NCBI GenBank assembly: GCA_030704615.1
Contig: CM060733.1
Span: 70,122,001-70,186,000 of the forward strand
Reading direction: 5' to 3'
Source of the DNA: Takakia lepidozioides
Lineage: Eukaryota > Plantae > Bryophyta
Length of the DNA: 64,000 bases
The notes below the pieces were generated by a model. The model saw only the letters and a list, made by a program, of their open reading frames with translations. It searched no databases and had not been told where the DNA came from. The position numbers and the translations under genes were made by a program. Each line of letters starts with the position of its first letter. Positions within the stretch are counted from its first letter, which is position 1. Below, one piece after another: positions 24,403 to 36,446 of this stretch.

Positions 24403-26170
24403 TCTGCCAACTGCTCTGGTGGACATGTTTGTCAAATGTGGGCGCATTAAGGATGCGAAGGCAGTTTTCAACACTATGGCTGAACGAGATGTGGTGCCAT
24501 TGGACGCGATGCTTGCCGGGTATGCACATCAAAAACGTGGTATGGAGGCTTTGGAGACTTATGAACAAATGATGGGAGAAGGGGTGAAGCCCGACCACAT
24601 CACGTTTGGGTGCGTTTACAGTGCGTATGCAAGCTCTGGAAAGGGGCAAAGAGGTTCATGGCCACATCTTCAGAGCTGGAATTGTACCAGATTTCATTCT
24701 GAACAATACCCTGGTGGACATGTTTGCAAAATGTGGGTGCATCTAGGACGCAATGGGAATGTTCAACACTATGGCTGAACACAGCCTATCAGCCCTAGAG
24801 AAGGGCAAAGAGGTGCATGGGGATATCATCAAAGCTGCAATTGTACCAAATGTCATTCTAAACACTGCCCTGGCAGCTCTAGAAAAGGGGAAAGAGGTCC
24901 ATGGCGACATCTTCAGAGCTGGAATTGTACCAGCTGTCATTCTAAACAATACCCTGGTGGACATGTTTGCAAAATGTGGGTGCATCTAGGATGCAAAGGG
25001 AGTGTTCGACACTATGGCTGAACGAGGTGTGGTGTCGTGGAGTGCGGTGCTTGCAGGGTATACACAGCAGGGACGTGGGATGGAGGCTTTGGAGACCTAT
25101 GAGCAAATGATGTGCGACAGGGTGAAGCCCGACCACATCACATTTGTGTGCGTTTGCAGTGCGTGTGCAAGCTTTGCAGCCCTGGAAAAGAGCGAAGAGG
25201 TGCATGGCAATATCGTTAGAGCTAGAATTGTACCAGATGTGATCTTGAACTCTGCCCTGGTGGACATGTATGCCAAATGTGGGTGCATGGAGGATGCAAA
25301 GGGAGTGTTCGACAATATGGCTGAATGACATGCGGTGTCGTGGAATGCAATGATCGCAGGATATGCACAACATGGTTGTCATAGGGAGGTCCTGCAACTA
25401 TTTGAAGGAATGCAAAAGAACGGCTTGAAGCAGTATGTGTTCTCTCTGCATGCAGCCACACTGGCCTTCTGAATGAAGGTAGATGCTACTTCGATTCCTG
25501 ATTCAAGATCATGGTATCAATTCAATATGACAGTAAAGCACTTTGGCTGCATGGTGGACCTTCTGGACGTGCGGGACAACTGGATGAGGCAGTGGACCTG
25601 ATTAATAAAATGCCAATCAATCCAGATGTTGTGGTGTGGAAGGCCGTGCTTGGTGCCTGCAGAATCCATGGCAATGTGGAGATGGCTGAATGTGTGGCAA
25701 CATCTATCCTCAAGTGGGATGAACAGGATGCCGCGACTTATGTGGTGTTATATCAAATATCTATGCTGCAGCTGGCAGGTGGGATGATACTGCAAAGGTG
25801 AGAAGAATGATGAAGGTCAGAGGGGTTAGAAAGGAGCCAGATGACAAGTTGCATCCCAGAATTAAGGAAATCCATGTTGAGCTGAGAAGATTGTCTGGGG
25901 AGAAGATGGAGGCAGGGTATGTGCCTGACACACACTTTTTACTTCATGATGTGGAGGAAAGGAATTTTCTGTTTGCCACCACAGTGAGAAGTTGGCCATT
26001 GGTTTTGGGCTGATCAACACAACTCATCAAGAATCTTCGAGTGTGTGGAGACTGCCACACCTCCACCAAATTCATCTCAAAGATTGTTGGCCGAGCAATT
26101 GTTGTATGGGACGCTAACTACTTTCCACCACTTTGAAGATGGGATTTGTTCTTGTGGTGATTACTGGTGA
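24403..26170 (+). pseudogene. PLS-PPR-E-DYW RNA-editing-factor pseudogene (continuation of the PPR interrupted by element 1)
   Basis: [78 protein letters not shown]-stop; frameshifts; 25240-25680 duplicates 12190-12620. Confidence 0.92.
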
Positions 26171-26832
26171 AAGGATGTTTTCTTGGAAAGATGCTAGTGT
26201 CTTGCTTCATTCATTGATCTGTGTAGCTACTCAGACCATCCACCATTTCCTGATAGTGGGGTCTACCCGGCATAGGTGGGAAGTCAGCCCACAATTGCAC
26301 TTGACTGAAAGGGTGATTTTTTACTGATTCTGGTGCTGTCCTAATTCTGGGTTTGGGTGGTGGAGCTTCTCCAAAGCTTGAAGATGGAAGTGAATACGAA
26401 TTTTAATGAGCTTGATGAGAGGGGCAGCCCTGTGCACAAGTTTGTTCAGCATCTTAAATTTGGACATGTTTGTTTGTTTCTCGTGGTGTGGCTTTGGATG
26501 GAGCCCTTGATGAACTTGCATGAATATTGTCAAAAGCTAGCCTTAACCCACCAAGATCCAATCCCATGGTGGATGCTTGAAAGTTCATAGAGTGAATGTA
26601 AGGGTATTTGGGTATGTTGTTATTGATTGATGTGGCTTGTGAAAATTGAATGTTGAAATGCAGATCCGCCATTTTTCTTCCAGAAAAAAACAAAACACGG
26701 GATCTCTGCATGTAACACCGTGGGGATGACCCACCCCTTTTTTGTGAAAAATTGAACATAGTTCTTAGAATTCGTCGCTAGTAGTGCGGAGCAACGCGAA
26801 GCCCTAGTGTATAATGAGATGAAAACCAACAG

Positions 26833-26895
26833 TCAGTAGCTCAGTTGGTTAAGTGCACTTAGTGCCACCCAAATGATTTTGGGGTCAAATCTTGC
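26833..26895 (+). repeat. tRNA-derived SINE-like head
   Basis: A-box-like tagctcagttgg and B-box-like ggggtcaaatc; no full cloverleaf. Confidence 0.45.
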
Positions 26896-27388
26896 TACTG
26901 ACGGGTGTGGTATGGTTCCCGGGTGGTGGCCCAGTCCTACGCCTCATGGCGGGTTACTGTGAAAGAGGTTATTTTCTCCTCTCACTATTAAGGGGCCTGA
27001 TTTGTGAGCTGTCGCTCTCAGGTGTTTCCCTTTGAAACAAAAAAAGATCGAAATCCCAGTTGGTGCAGGCAACAGTCAAGGTGGGTTTGATGAGGCAGGG
27101 AAGGGGTCGTTGTGAGAGAGACGAGAAGGGCCACGCGGCCATGGAGGCCAGTTGTAGGCTGCAGCAGTTCCCTGGAAGCATCAGAAGCAACAGACGAGAG
27201 GATAGCGGATATGTTGTTTGAGGGAAATTTGTTGGGTAGTGTGGGAACTGGATTAGAAGAGAGAACTGTGTTGTTGGAGGGATTGGAATTGAAGCAGTGT
27301 TGCTAGCATAATTGGAGGCAGTGTGGGCGAGTGACGAGAAGGATTGGAAGCGTTAGGGCTATGCGTCTCTCTCTCTCGGCAGCAGGGA

Positions 27389-28655
27389 ATGGCAGCGCAT
27401 GATTGCAAACGGCTGCATCTCTCATGGTTAGCGCTGGTGCTTTTCCTTGTGAGTGAGGCAAGTGCGGATGGGGCAGTCCGAGGCAAGTCAGAACAGAGCG
27501 CCTTATGGGAGTTTCCCGTGCATGGTTCTGCTTGCGACCCTTACATTCCGGTATTTCCCAGAAATATGCCACTTTTGGTGTATACTTGAGTGTGTTTCTG
27601 GGGAAGATTCCTCTAAAATTCGAGGGGATGATTCAGTTGGGGTCGCTGGATCGGCAGATGACAGGTTGGGCGGGCTGCGTTCACATTAGACAGGCCAGTT
27701 TCATCTGTTTAGTTCCTATTGTTGCCAATCGAAAAGAGAATTCAGGTTTAGGGTGGTTCTGTTGTGTGGATAATTGAGGGGCGGCCGTGTCGAGCTGTAG
27801 GTGTGTGCAGAAGGGCGCGGATGCAAATTCTGCAGCATTTGTGGGATGCGGTCCTCGATTACGTTCTGAGGGTGCTCTTTCGTGGAGCCACGCAATACCC
27901 AATTGTGGTGTCCTGTAGAATGATTTAATCATTAATGCTAGGAGAATGCACATGGCCCTGATTTGATGGTCTTTATCCTCGCACAAAGGTTCATTGTGCA
28001 GTCCTACAGATCCATCCCACCATTTCCCTTATCCAAGAGACGGCGGGATCACTCATGGGATGAAGTGTATGTTGGGTGCAGGGGCCTGTGATGAAGGAAT
28101 TAGGAAGCCAGCTGTATGCACTGTGAATTGTTTTCGAGCGGATCCGTAAGTGGTCATAACTGTTACCTCTTGACGCAAAGTATTACTGTTTGCATGCATC
28201 ATGGTTCCAAATGTTCAAAGGGGGTCTTAAAGTTGGCATTTGCAGCTCTAAGCCTATGGGTCTGTGTGTATGTGAACTGTGAACAGGGTCTGTGGAATGG
28301 ATGAAGTCACATATTGGTACGTGGTGAAAATCATCTTATCCCATCCTCTGTCACATTACATTTGCATCTTTGTTTTCAACCTAGGCTGGTGTTGGTATGA
28401 TAAGTACATTGAATGAATGTTCAAATGCGCATAAAAGCAGCTGATTATAGTAGTGGGATGCTTTGATGCAATTTATGGTGCAGGTGTGGAGCAACAGAAG
28501 CGAAGTGTGCTGCAGTGGAGGTTGGGCATGAGGGATACTGTGACATATGGAATGGTGCGGCTGGGGCCAAGGGATTAGCAGCTCAGTCACTGCAGCTGGT
28601 GCACTTGGTGTGGCTTGTTTTGGCAGGATTGTTCATTCTGTTTGGATTGGCTTAG
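27389..28655 (+). CDS. Kazal-type serine protease inhibitor with signal peptide and C-terminal hydrophobic anchor
   Basis: Spliced product MAAHDCKRLHLSWLALVLFLVSEASADG...CTVNCFRADP|VCGMDEVTYW|CGATEAKCAAVEVGHEGYC...LVHLVWLVLAGLFILFGLA; first intron probably GC-AG. Confidence 0.85.
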
Positions 28656-29930
28656 ATCTCCAAAAGTTGTAATATGTCAAGATGTAGCAAAGCATCAATG
28701 CCTCTGGGTTAGTCCCCACCGGAGCAGATTTCTAGATTCAAGCGATCATAAGAGCAAGTTCAATTTTGTTCTCGTCTTGGTTCTATGCGAATGAAGGCTG
28801 GTTAAGATTGGAGAGACAGCAATTCACTTCTGATTTGGGTTAAGATTGATAGAGCAAATGCAATTTTTACCTTACAATTCTTCACAATAAAGGCCTTCTA
28901 AGATCGTAACTTCTCATTTAATGATGAGCATTTTTCCATCGTTTATTTATCTGCAAATCTGATTCACGTCAATTAATATACGAGTTTGTAGTTTTAAGGT
29001 TCTTACACACAAATTGTGAAATACCACAGTTTATGTTATAACTTCCTGTAGTCTTAGAATTCCGAAACTCTTTTAAGTACACCTACATTTTCAATACTGA
29101 TTACAGCAACTGGCGCATGCATTAAGGAACAAGAAGGTGCACATGGAACCAAGTATATGATAAAACTGAAATTGGCCCCAAAACCACTACAAGAGGCAGG
29201 GTACACGTCTAGTCTTTTTGTCAAATGCTATACTCAGTGATTAGAAATGTGGCTATCACATCACCAATCCCTTCTCTTTTTTCTCTGTGTACTGATTTAA
29301 AACAACTTTGGCACTGGCTTGCCTGTACTTATGGAACTTAGTCTGTGGCGACTTTCACCAATGACTAACTAAAACTCCAAACCTACTATGAATCCAAAAG
29401 TGGGGCACAAGATTCCGAGAGATTGGGCAGGAGTATGCCTCAACTAAAGCTGGAGGATTTGAGAGATACAGCTGGTGAAGAGAGGAAGTGTGAGAAGATG
29501 GAGGCACAGAGCCCCCAACACAATGATACCATGCACCGCACCCAGACGCCGCTGGGCGCTGCAGCAACAGTATTCAGTGCCTTCTGCAGACACTAGAGAA
29601 ATAGGACATCTGCTGTTTGCTGATGTTGCACACACTCTACGCCTTCTACTCTAAAGACACTTGACTTGATTTGAAATGAGACTCACACTAGCACCCTTGA
29701 TCCCAGGAAGGTGCCCAGGGATCGCAGACTGACCATAGAACCTTTCAACACAGCACAATAAGCTTTCATACTGCATCCAACTGTTACTAAATCGCCCAAA
29801 CCATCAACACTAAAGCAGCTTGTGGAAGCTGTGGAGCAAAACTGAAACGGCGCATGACTACTTTGTAAGCCCTGGAATACTCTCCCTAAATCTGTGTGCG
29901 CTCACAGTTCCCATCTTTTAATGGTGGCCT

Positions 29931-32900
29931 CTATGTTGTGTCCATACTATCAGCTCCCTCAGTCCCCACATCCATGGCATCATCTTGACCGTCACCCTGG
30001 CCCTCACCCTTCTTACCTGCATTACACCCCACAAATAATCCAAAGTTTTCCTGTTACTCTAGTTTGACATGGAAACTTACCCAGCAGAGTACCAGCCCTT
30101 TCACCTGCGAACTACACCACAATCCATAGGAAGTTGGCCAATTGCCTGACATGTGTCCTTTCACAGTCAGAACTTCCTTGGTGTCAGACCAGACTTACTA
30201 GCAAGGTCCTACCTATCTATCTGACAATCTTGGAAGGCTCAGAAGCAGAGAGGAAAGGGAGAGTGCAATTGCCCGTTGTGTGGGCAATCTGAAGACAGTA
30301 TTCATTTTCTGATACACTGTCCGGGGTTCTCTCACCAAAGAGACGCTCTCTTCAAATCTATTAAGGGAATTGTGCCTGTACCCCTGTTTACCAACTTTGA
30401 AAGTCTCGAGGCTGAGCCAAAAGCCCAGGCCCTCCTGAGGCCTAGTTTTTGGGCAAATCACACACAGCAGATTGATGCTTGTGTGAAGGGATTTCTAGAG
30501 GATATCTGGAAAACCCGGATTAATGCTTTATATGGAGGTAAGTCTTACTACCAACGTCAGCCCCTGACAGAGGTAGGTTCTGTCCCTTTTGTTCCCGCTC
30601 AAACTGGGCGCGGGGTCAATGGCCACAAGGCTACGGCAAACAACGTCTTATGAGTACAATCTTGGAAGGCTGATGACAAACCTTTCTTTTTCTTGCCGCC
30701 GCCCTTCTTTTTGGCCTTGGTGCCCAGGGCTAGCCAGGCCTTGATGTCAGGATCCTCTGGCACCTTTGATGGCTGTAACTCCTGAAGGGTGTGCCCAGTA
30801 ATGCGGTCGGAGCCATTGGGCATAAGCAACACCGTGAACTTCACATGTGCTACAAAATCTCCTGGAAACAAATAAGCCAATGGTTAGACACCACCCACTA
30901 GCTGCCCTAAGTGTCCAACTTTAGCTGAAACACATATGTGAATGTAGCCTGGCTCAAGTGCCATGAGAAGGAAAAGTGGTACTAACCAGGCTTTTCATGG
31001 AGAACAGGGTAAGGTTGTAGCAGTTCATGGTTCACACACTCTACCAGTCCCAGACGGGCCCGCTTTTCCTCAAGTGCCCTGTTTTGGCCAACCCCCATCA
31101 CAGAAACCAAAACTGCACTTGATTACTGAATTAGGTTGGGTATCTGTTGATAGCCACAGATTGACTAGTTACATCAGCCCTCATTGTACCTGGAGTGCAG
31201 CCGTATCTTAATCTTGGTATTAACATGAATAACCATGAGCAGATCCAACTGTGTGCAGACACATCATATATATTCTGAGCTGGGCGACTTTTCAAATATG
31301 CAATTCCATTCCAGAAAAATCAAAGAAGCTAGTGTCAATTTGCTCCCAACATCTCCCTCAAGACAGGGAGATGGACCAACCGTGCTTCAAAGTGCTGGCT
31401 TCAGCACTGGACCCAAACAGCAAGACATACAATTTAATTGATGTTTGATATAAAATTTCACTAGGGTCACAGATTAGAGAGAGAACCAGACCCAAATACC
31501 TTGCAGTGAAGGGCATAAGAGGGAACTTCTGGTTAATTTCGCTGAAAATAAACCTCGATGCCTTCATCTTCAGGTGATAGTTCTTGTCCACAGCCCTCTT
31601 GTAAACAGTAGTTTGTTTCTCATCCAGTAACCTTGGCTGCACCACACTCGAATTGTAATAAAACATGCAAGTCTTACAGATAAAGCAGCTCTTGGTTGCA
31701 TTGAAAGTCCATGGAATTGTTTCAAAACTTGGTGTGACTCTCATGCGCTCAGAGCTAGTTTCACATAGCATAGCCAGTTCCAAAAAAGGTGTCCTAGTAT
31801 ACACTATTGGTGATTGCACACCTGGTAGAGTTCAACAAGACTTGGTCTGAAAAAACAATATACGTGCGAAGGAGGTGAAAAGGAACATAGCAAAGGGTAT
31901 CACACAAGTGCACACCTTGCCATCACCAGTGCTGGTTACAACATCAATGGCATACACCTCATTTTCCTCAAACTCAGCATCATCGACACGTGTCTCAGGA
32001 TTGGTCACACTCAGAATCACTTTGTTGGCATCAATTACAAATTGCTTCATCTGATGGCTTAACACGCCTTCTGCAATCTTGCAGTCATATGCTGCAGCGA
32101 CCTTTTGAATGGCTTCAGTCACCTCCTTGTTCTGCAGCACACCTCCCTTTAGATCAACCTCATATCCAGTGCTACCATTCACTTTAGGCAGCTGTGCATA
32201 ATAGACGTTCAAAGGGATATAACCCAAAACGGCTCACAGCCCGTCTATTCCCAGTAAATGATACCCTCCAACCATTCCCACAAACTTCAGGGCAGACAAG
32301 CACAATTATTCACCAATTACCCTCAGGGCAGAAAAGCACAACATACATCGTCTTCAATTCCAGTGATGCAGACAAGCACAAAATTGCATGGCATACATTT
32401 GTCTTAGGAGGTTGCATAAAAAGGAAATTGCTTGTGACAGGGCCAAATGATTAGATGCTCACCTTTCTGCCAGGCCTCACCAGGCGAAGTGCTACTTCAG
32501 CAGCTGTGTTGCAGGCAGCCAGAACATCAGCAGCACGGCCAGTGACAGGGCCATCACAGAGAACATGAGTGTGGGCCACCACTGCAACAAACCCATCAAT
32601 GTGGCACCCTAGATCTCTGCAAACCCAAGCCCTCTGCTCATGAGTCCCACCCCTTTCAACAATTTCTGAGGGTGGTGGCCAAAACCATGTACATGTTCCA
32701 TTCTTGGCAAATCAATTATGAGTTGAAATGACATTAAGTGACAAGATACAAGTGCAACACCCAAGACACCAAGGACAATACCACCAAAAGACCTGTGGTA
32801 ACGATGTCCGGGCAACTTAATAACAATCCCAGGTAAGGTGACGAGATACATTACAATCCTCTTCTGAGGGCCAGGACAGTCGCTTTCAAGAACTCAGATG

Positions 32901-34092
32901 TTCACATCGGAGATAGACAAATGAGAAATCGTTGCATGGGACCATTACAATTGAGTGGGAAGGAAAGATAGCGTTAATACCCATAACTCACATTTTCACA
33001 ATGTCGTTGGCAGCAAGCACAGTCTCATCACTTGCCAAGGGGGAGAAATGGCACACTGTGTTGTTCACTGACATGCATGTCGGAAATGCAATTCCTTTAT
33101 CAATCTTCTTTTTCGCATTCTTGTACATGTTTGCAGTTTGGCTGCCATTGCACCAATGTCAGTCAGGGCATCCATTACATGCGCACCCTGCACTCGTCTA
33201 ATCCTGTATCAGATTGCAACTGTGATCCCCTGTGAAGAAAGTCATTGGATGACCTGTGCTCCAAACTACAAGTAGCTTCAAGGCAGACTAGATCAAATAC
33301 CAATGATTGCCAATCAAAAGAAGAGGGCAAGAAACCAATGGGGTGGCACAAGAGGAAAAGAAGGGGAAGTGGACACGTATCAAGCCACTGATTGAGGGAT
33401 GGCAAAAGCGACGTGACAGTAATAGCCAGAAATGCAGCAGGTCGTCTGGTGAGCAGGGAGAAAACGTAACCGTGATCTATAGTGCAGTTGAGAATTAGCT
33501 AATAATTACGTAGTCAACCAGAATAGAACGGCAACGCTCAGCTCATGATGCCCGAGGGGACAATGGACTCACTCTCGAATCAATGTGTCACCCTTCTCAC
33601 AAAGGTCCACCACCTTGACCCCCGGCTTGCACTCGGCCAACACTGTTTGCAATGCCTCTGCTCACAAACCAATGCCATCCCAGCCCGCCCATCACACTCA
33701 TGCGAGTCCGATGCCATCCTCTTCATTCCTGCCCTGAAAAGCTATGCCATTCTGCTTACTCCATCACATATGCCCTAATGTTGGCACCCATATTTGACGA
33801 AGCATAATCCCGCCCTCAACTACATACTATTTTTCTTCCCCAAGGAACGCTCTCGGCACCCTCCCATCCTCCTCCCTTGCAGCGCGTAAACCTCAACCCC
33901 TAGCGGTGCTCTCTCCGACACTCACACCCATATTTTCTCCCACCAGGCCAAAATTGACAATGTGCCTCCTGGCTCTCGTAATAGCACAGAAAACTTACTG
34001 TTTGCAATCTCCGCAGCACATTTGTACTTGGTGACAACATCCGGAGACGTTAAGTCGAGCTCCTTCTCCTCCTTATTCTCCTCGTCCGACAT
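29931..34092 (-). CDS. EBP1: ERBB-3 binding protein 1 / proliferation-associated 2G4 (M24 peptidase fold), multi-exon
   Basis: [129 protein letters not shown]. Confidence 0.95.
30240..30655 (+). mobile_element. 5'-truncated LINE 3' end in the last EBP1 intron with a 16-bp TSD
   Basis: acaatcttggaaggct at 30224-30239 and 30656-30671; encodes [18 protein letters not shown]...IWKTR (LINE C-terminal Zn-knuckle region). Confidence 0.8.
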
Positions 34093-34353
34093 TGCGCTCA
34101 CCTTGCACAATTACCACCACAACCCAACTCTTGGCACCTTAGCACAACCTGGAATCCCACACTAGCTTCCAGGCCCTCCTCTCAATCTGGAGCAGATCGA
34201 AAAAGACACAGAATCCCACAGATGGATTATGTGTGCACGCCTGCAGATGCAAAGATGAGAGGGGTTGTGGCTGGGTTTTTTACTGGGTGTTTGCTTGAGG
34301 TGTGTACCAGCCACCTGCGTTGAGAGAGGAAGTCCACACCGAGCCGCCCCGTT

Positions 34354-34361
34354 TAGGGTTT
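34354..34361 (-). promoter_or_regulatory. Telo-box (AAACCCTA) upstream of EBP1
   Basis: tagggttt near the 5' end of a ribosome-biogenesis gene, where plant telo-boxes typically occur. Confidence 0.55.
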
Positions 34362-34527
34362 AGGTCCTCCCTAGCCAGCCCTAACCTGACCCTCCCTATC
34401 CTAACCAGGTTTGGGTGCGGGTATCTCTGCACTCAAATCCCGCCCTCCACGTGGTGATCCGCAATTTTTTTATTTTTTTATACAGAATTAATCTTAATTT
34501 AGAGCAAATGTGAGAATACATAAAGAC

Positions 34528-35180
34528 AATTATGGAAGATAATAGGAATAATGTAAGAACTTAATTCACACGTGCAACCTCTGACAGGATGGTGCGCCGG
34601 TTTCCGGCATGTCAAATCTTCCCCACCCTCTCTTGAGAGTGACATGGAACTGAAGGAGTGTAAACTCCAGTCAAGGTTACACTGGGTTACAAGGAAGGTG
34701 TGTAACTCCACTTGGGGTTACATTGGGTTATAGGACGAGGTGTGTAACTCTGCTCGGGGTTACACAGAATGGAGTGTAACTCCTCTCAGTGTAACTCACA
34801 CTTGGTCTCAAAATTTGACTAAGTATAAAATGGACTAACCAAAGTTACATGAGAAATATGGGTTACATAGGGTCACATGAGAGATAGGAGTTACATAGGG
34901 CTACATGAGAGACAGGGGTTACATGAGACCCATCAAGAATCGAACCCAGATCCTCGCCGTCTGCAATGCTGTCACCTTACCTTCACGTTGCCCACCACAA
35001 CTTCAGACCCATTTGGATTCTTAAGTATTTAATATGAAACCGAGGTAAGAGGAGGTAGGGAGGATTTGACAGGGGCCCCGCCGGAGGAGCCCAGGCTGCC
35101 GGAATCCGGCGAAAGTACCGTCAGATTGCACGCGTCCATTAAGTTCTTACATTATTCCTATTGTTTTCCGACAATTATTT
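34528..35180. mobile_element. Foldback/MITE-like element with ~100-bp imperfect TIRs and internal ggttaca repeats
   Basis: aataggaataatgtaagaacttaat (34541) vs attaagttcttacattattcctatt (~35138); further matched arms inward. Confidence 0.7.
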
Positions 35181-35559
35181 AGTATATATAGGATGTGGAG
35201 AGAAAATGAGCCTGGGGACATTGGCAGCTTTGGTACCTAGGCCCAAGTGATTTCGTCTGAAATCATATTATTTGGAATACTTATGCAAGGATCAAGTAAG
35301 TTTTTTTAAAAAAATAAAAATGAACAGGGACAGTGGCCCTGATAGCTTTATTAAAGATTAATTCGGGGAAAAAAATTAAAACCCTTGGTATACCATAAGG
35401 CACACACACCGTAATCAATGAATAATTGAACCAACACCTCATTGAGGAAAGACCATATAACTGGCTCAGGACCCAAGGAGAAACATTACCAATCTAGGTA
35501 GGAGCAAATAGATCGCTCATAAATAGTTATACTTGTGAGAGAACCAAAGGAACTTAGAG

Positions 35560-36202
35560 TTGTGCCAATTAAGATCCCAATAAAGACCTTGACTTAGTGC
35601 TAATGAAATAATCATCGGTAAAGAGACCGTGAGGCCTTTGTGGTGGATTTGATATGTTTCCAATTAATTTCACGCTCAAACTCTGGAGAGGTCGTGAAGG
35701 GTGGCGCGAAGGTCTCTCCAGCTTGGGGGGGGGGGGCTATGGCCAGACGGAGGAGTCGACGAAGGTGCTTTCGCAAATAAGACTTTGTCTCCCCCAGGAG
35801 TCCCGAAATGCTGCATGAGAAAGGTATCATCTACAAACATTGAGTCTATTAAGTGCGAAGGTTGCTGAGTAATGTAGTTGGTGATACGAAGACCTTGGAT
35901 ACAATGATTTTATTGCAACATGTAACCTAGAGAATCAGCCACCACTAGGAAGAGGAAGGGCGCTAGGGGGCAGCCCTGGCGCACCGAACGCTGCAGGGGA
36001 AGGCGAAGAAAGGAAGCCATGACTCTGCTTGAGGAATTGGTCAATAGTATATTAACCCACTAGCAAAAAGAAGGAGGGAACCCAATTTTGGCCAAGGCTG
36101 CCAGCAGAAAGGACCATTCTACCCTATTGAAAGCTATATCAAAATCCAATAGAAGAAGAGCAATGGCTTGGTTGGATTGGAGGGCAAAGTGTGGAATTTC
36201 TT
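35560..36202 (-). mobile_element. LINE reverse transcriptase remnant
   Basis: LLLDFDIAFNRVEWSFLLAAL and RSVRQGCPLAPFLF motifs with stops. Confidence 0.8.
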
Positions 36203-36446
36203 CAACGACGCTACCGCGTAAGCGTGAGCTGACATGGCGCGAGCGTAGGGGACCAGCAGTTGATGTGGCGTGAGCGTGAGGGTGATGTGGCATGAGCGTG
36301 CTGACATGGCAGTGAACAACATGATGTGGCAGTCAACATGCCTACGTGGCAATCCACATGTCCACGTGGGATTCGGCCAACGTGGCGGACGCCATGTCAA
36401 CAGAAACATGTAGCGCCTATAGCCGAGGGACCTATTGCCATGGCAT

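Larger units (their letters stand above)
7718..26807 (+). mobile_element. Putative ~19-kb non-autonomous Helitron2-like unit carrying PPR-DYW and other gene fragments, with a nested MULE
   Basis: Begins at the head sequence (7718) and ends at a matching tail ...tcgtcgctagtagtgcggagcaacgcgaagccCTAG at 26807. Confidence 0.45.

Noticed and set aside
9497-25328. Recurrent CGA>TGA stops in PPR motifs as targets of U-to-C editing
   Set aside because: The DNA is nuclear, the arrays also contain many frameshifts, and CpG deamination plus duplication explains the stops
26833-26895. Functional tRNA genes here and at 55830
   Set aside because: A and B boxes are present but acceptor and anticodon stems do not pair canonically; SINE-like heads are more likely
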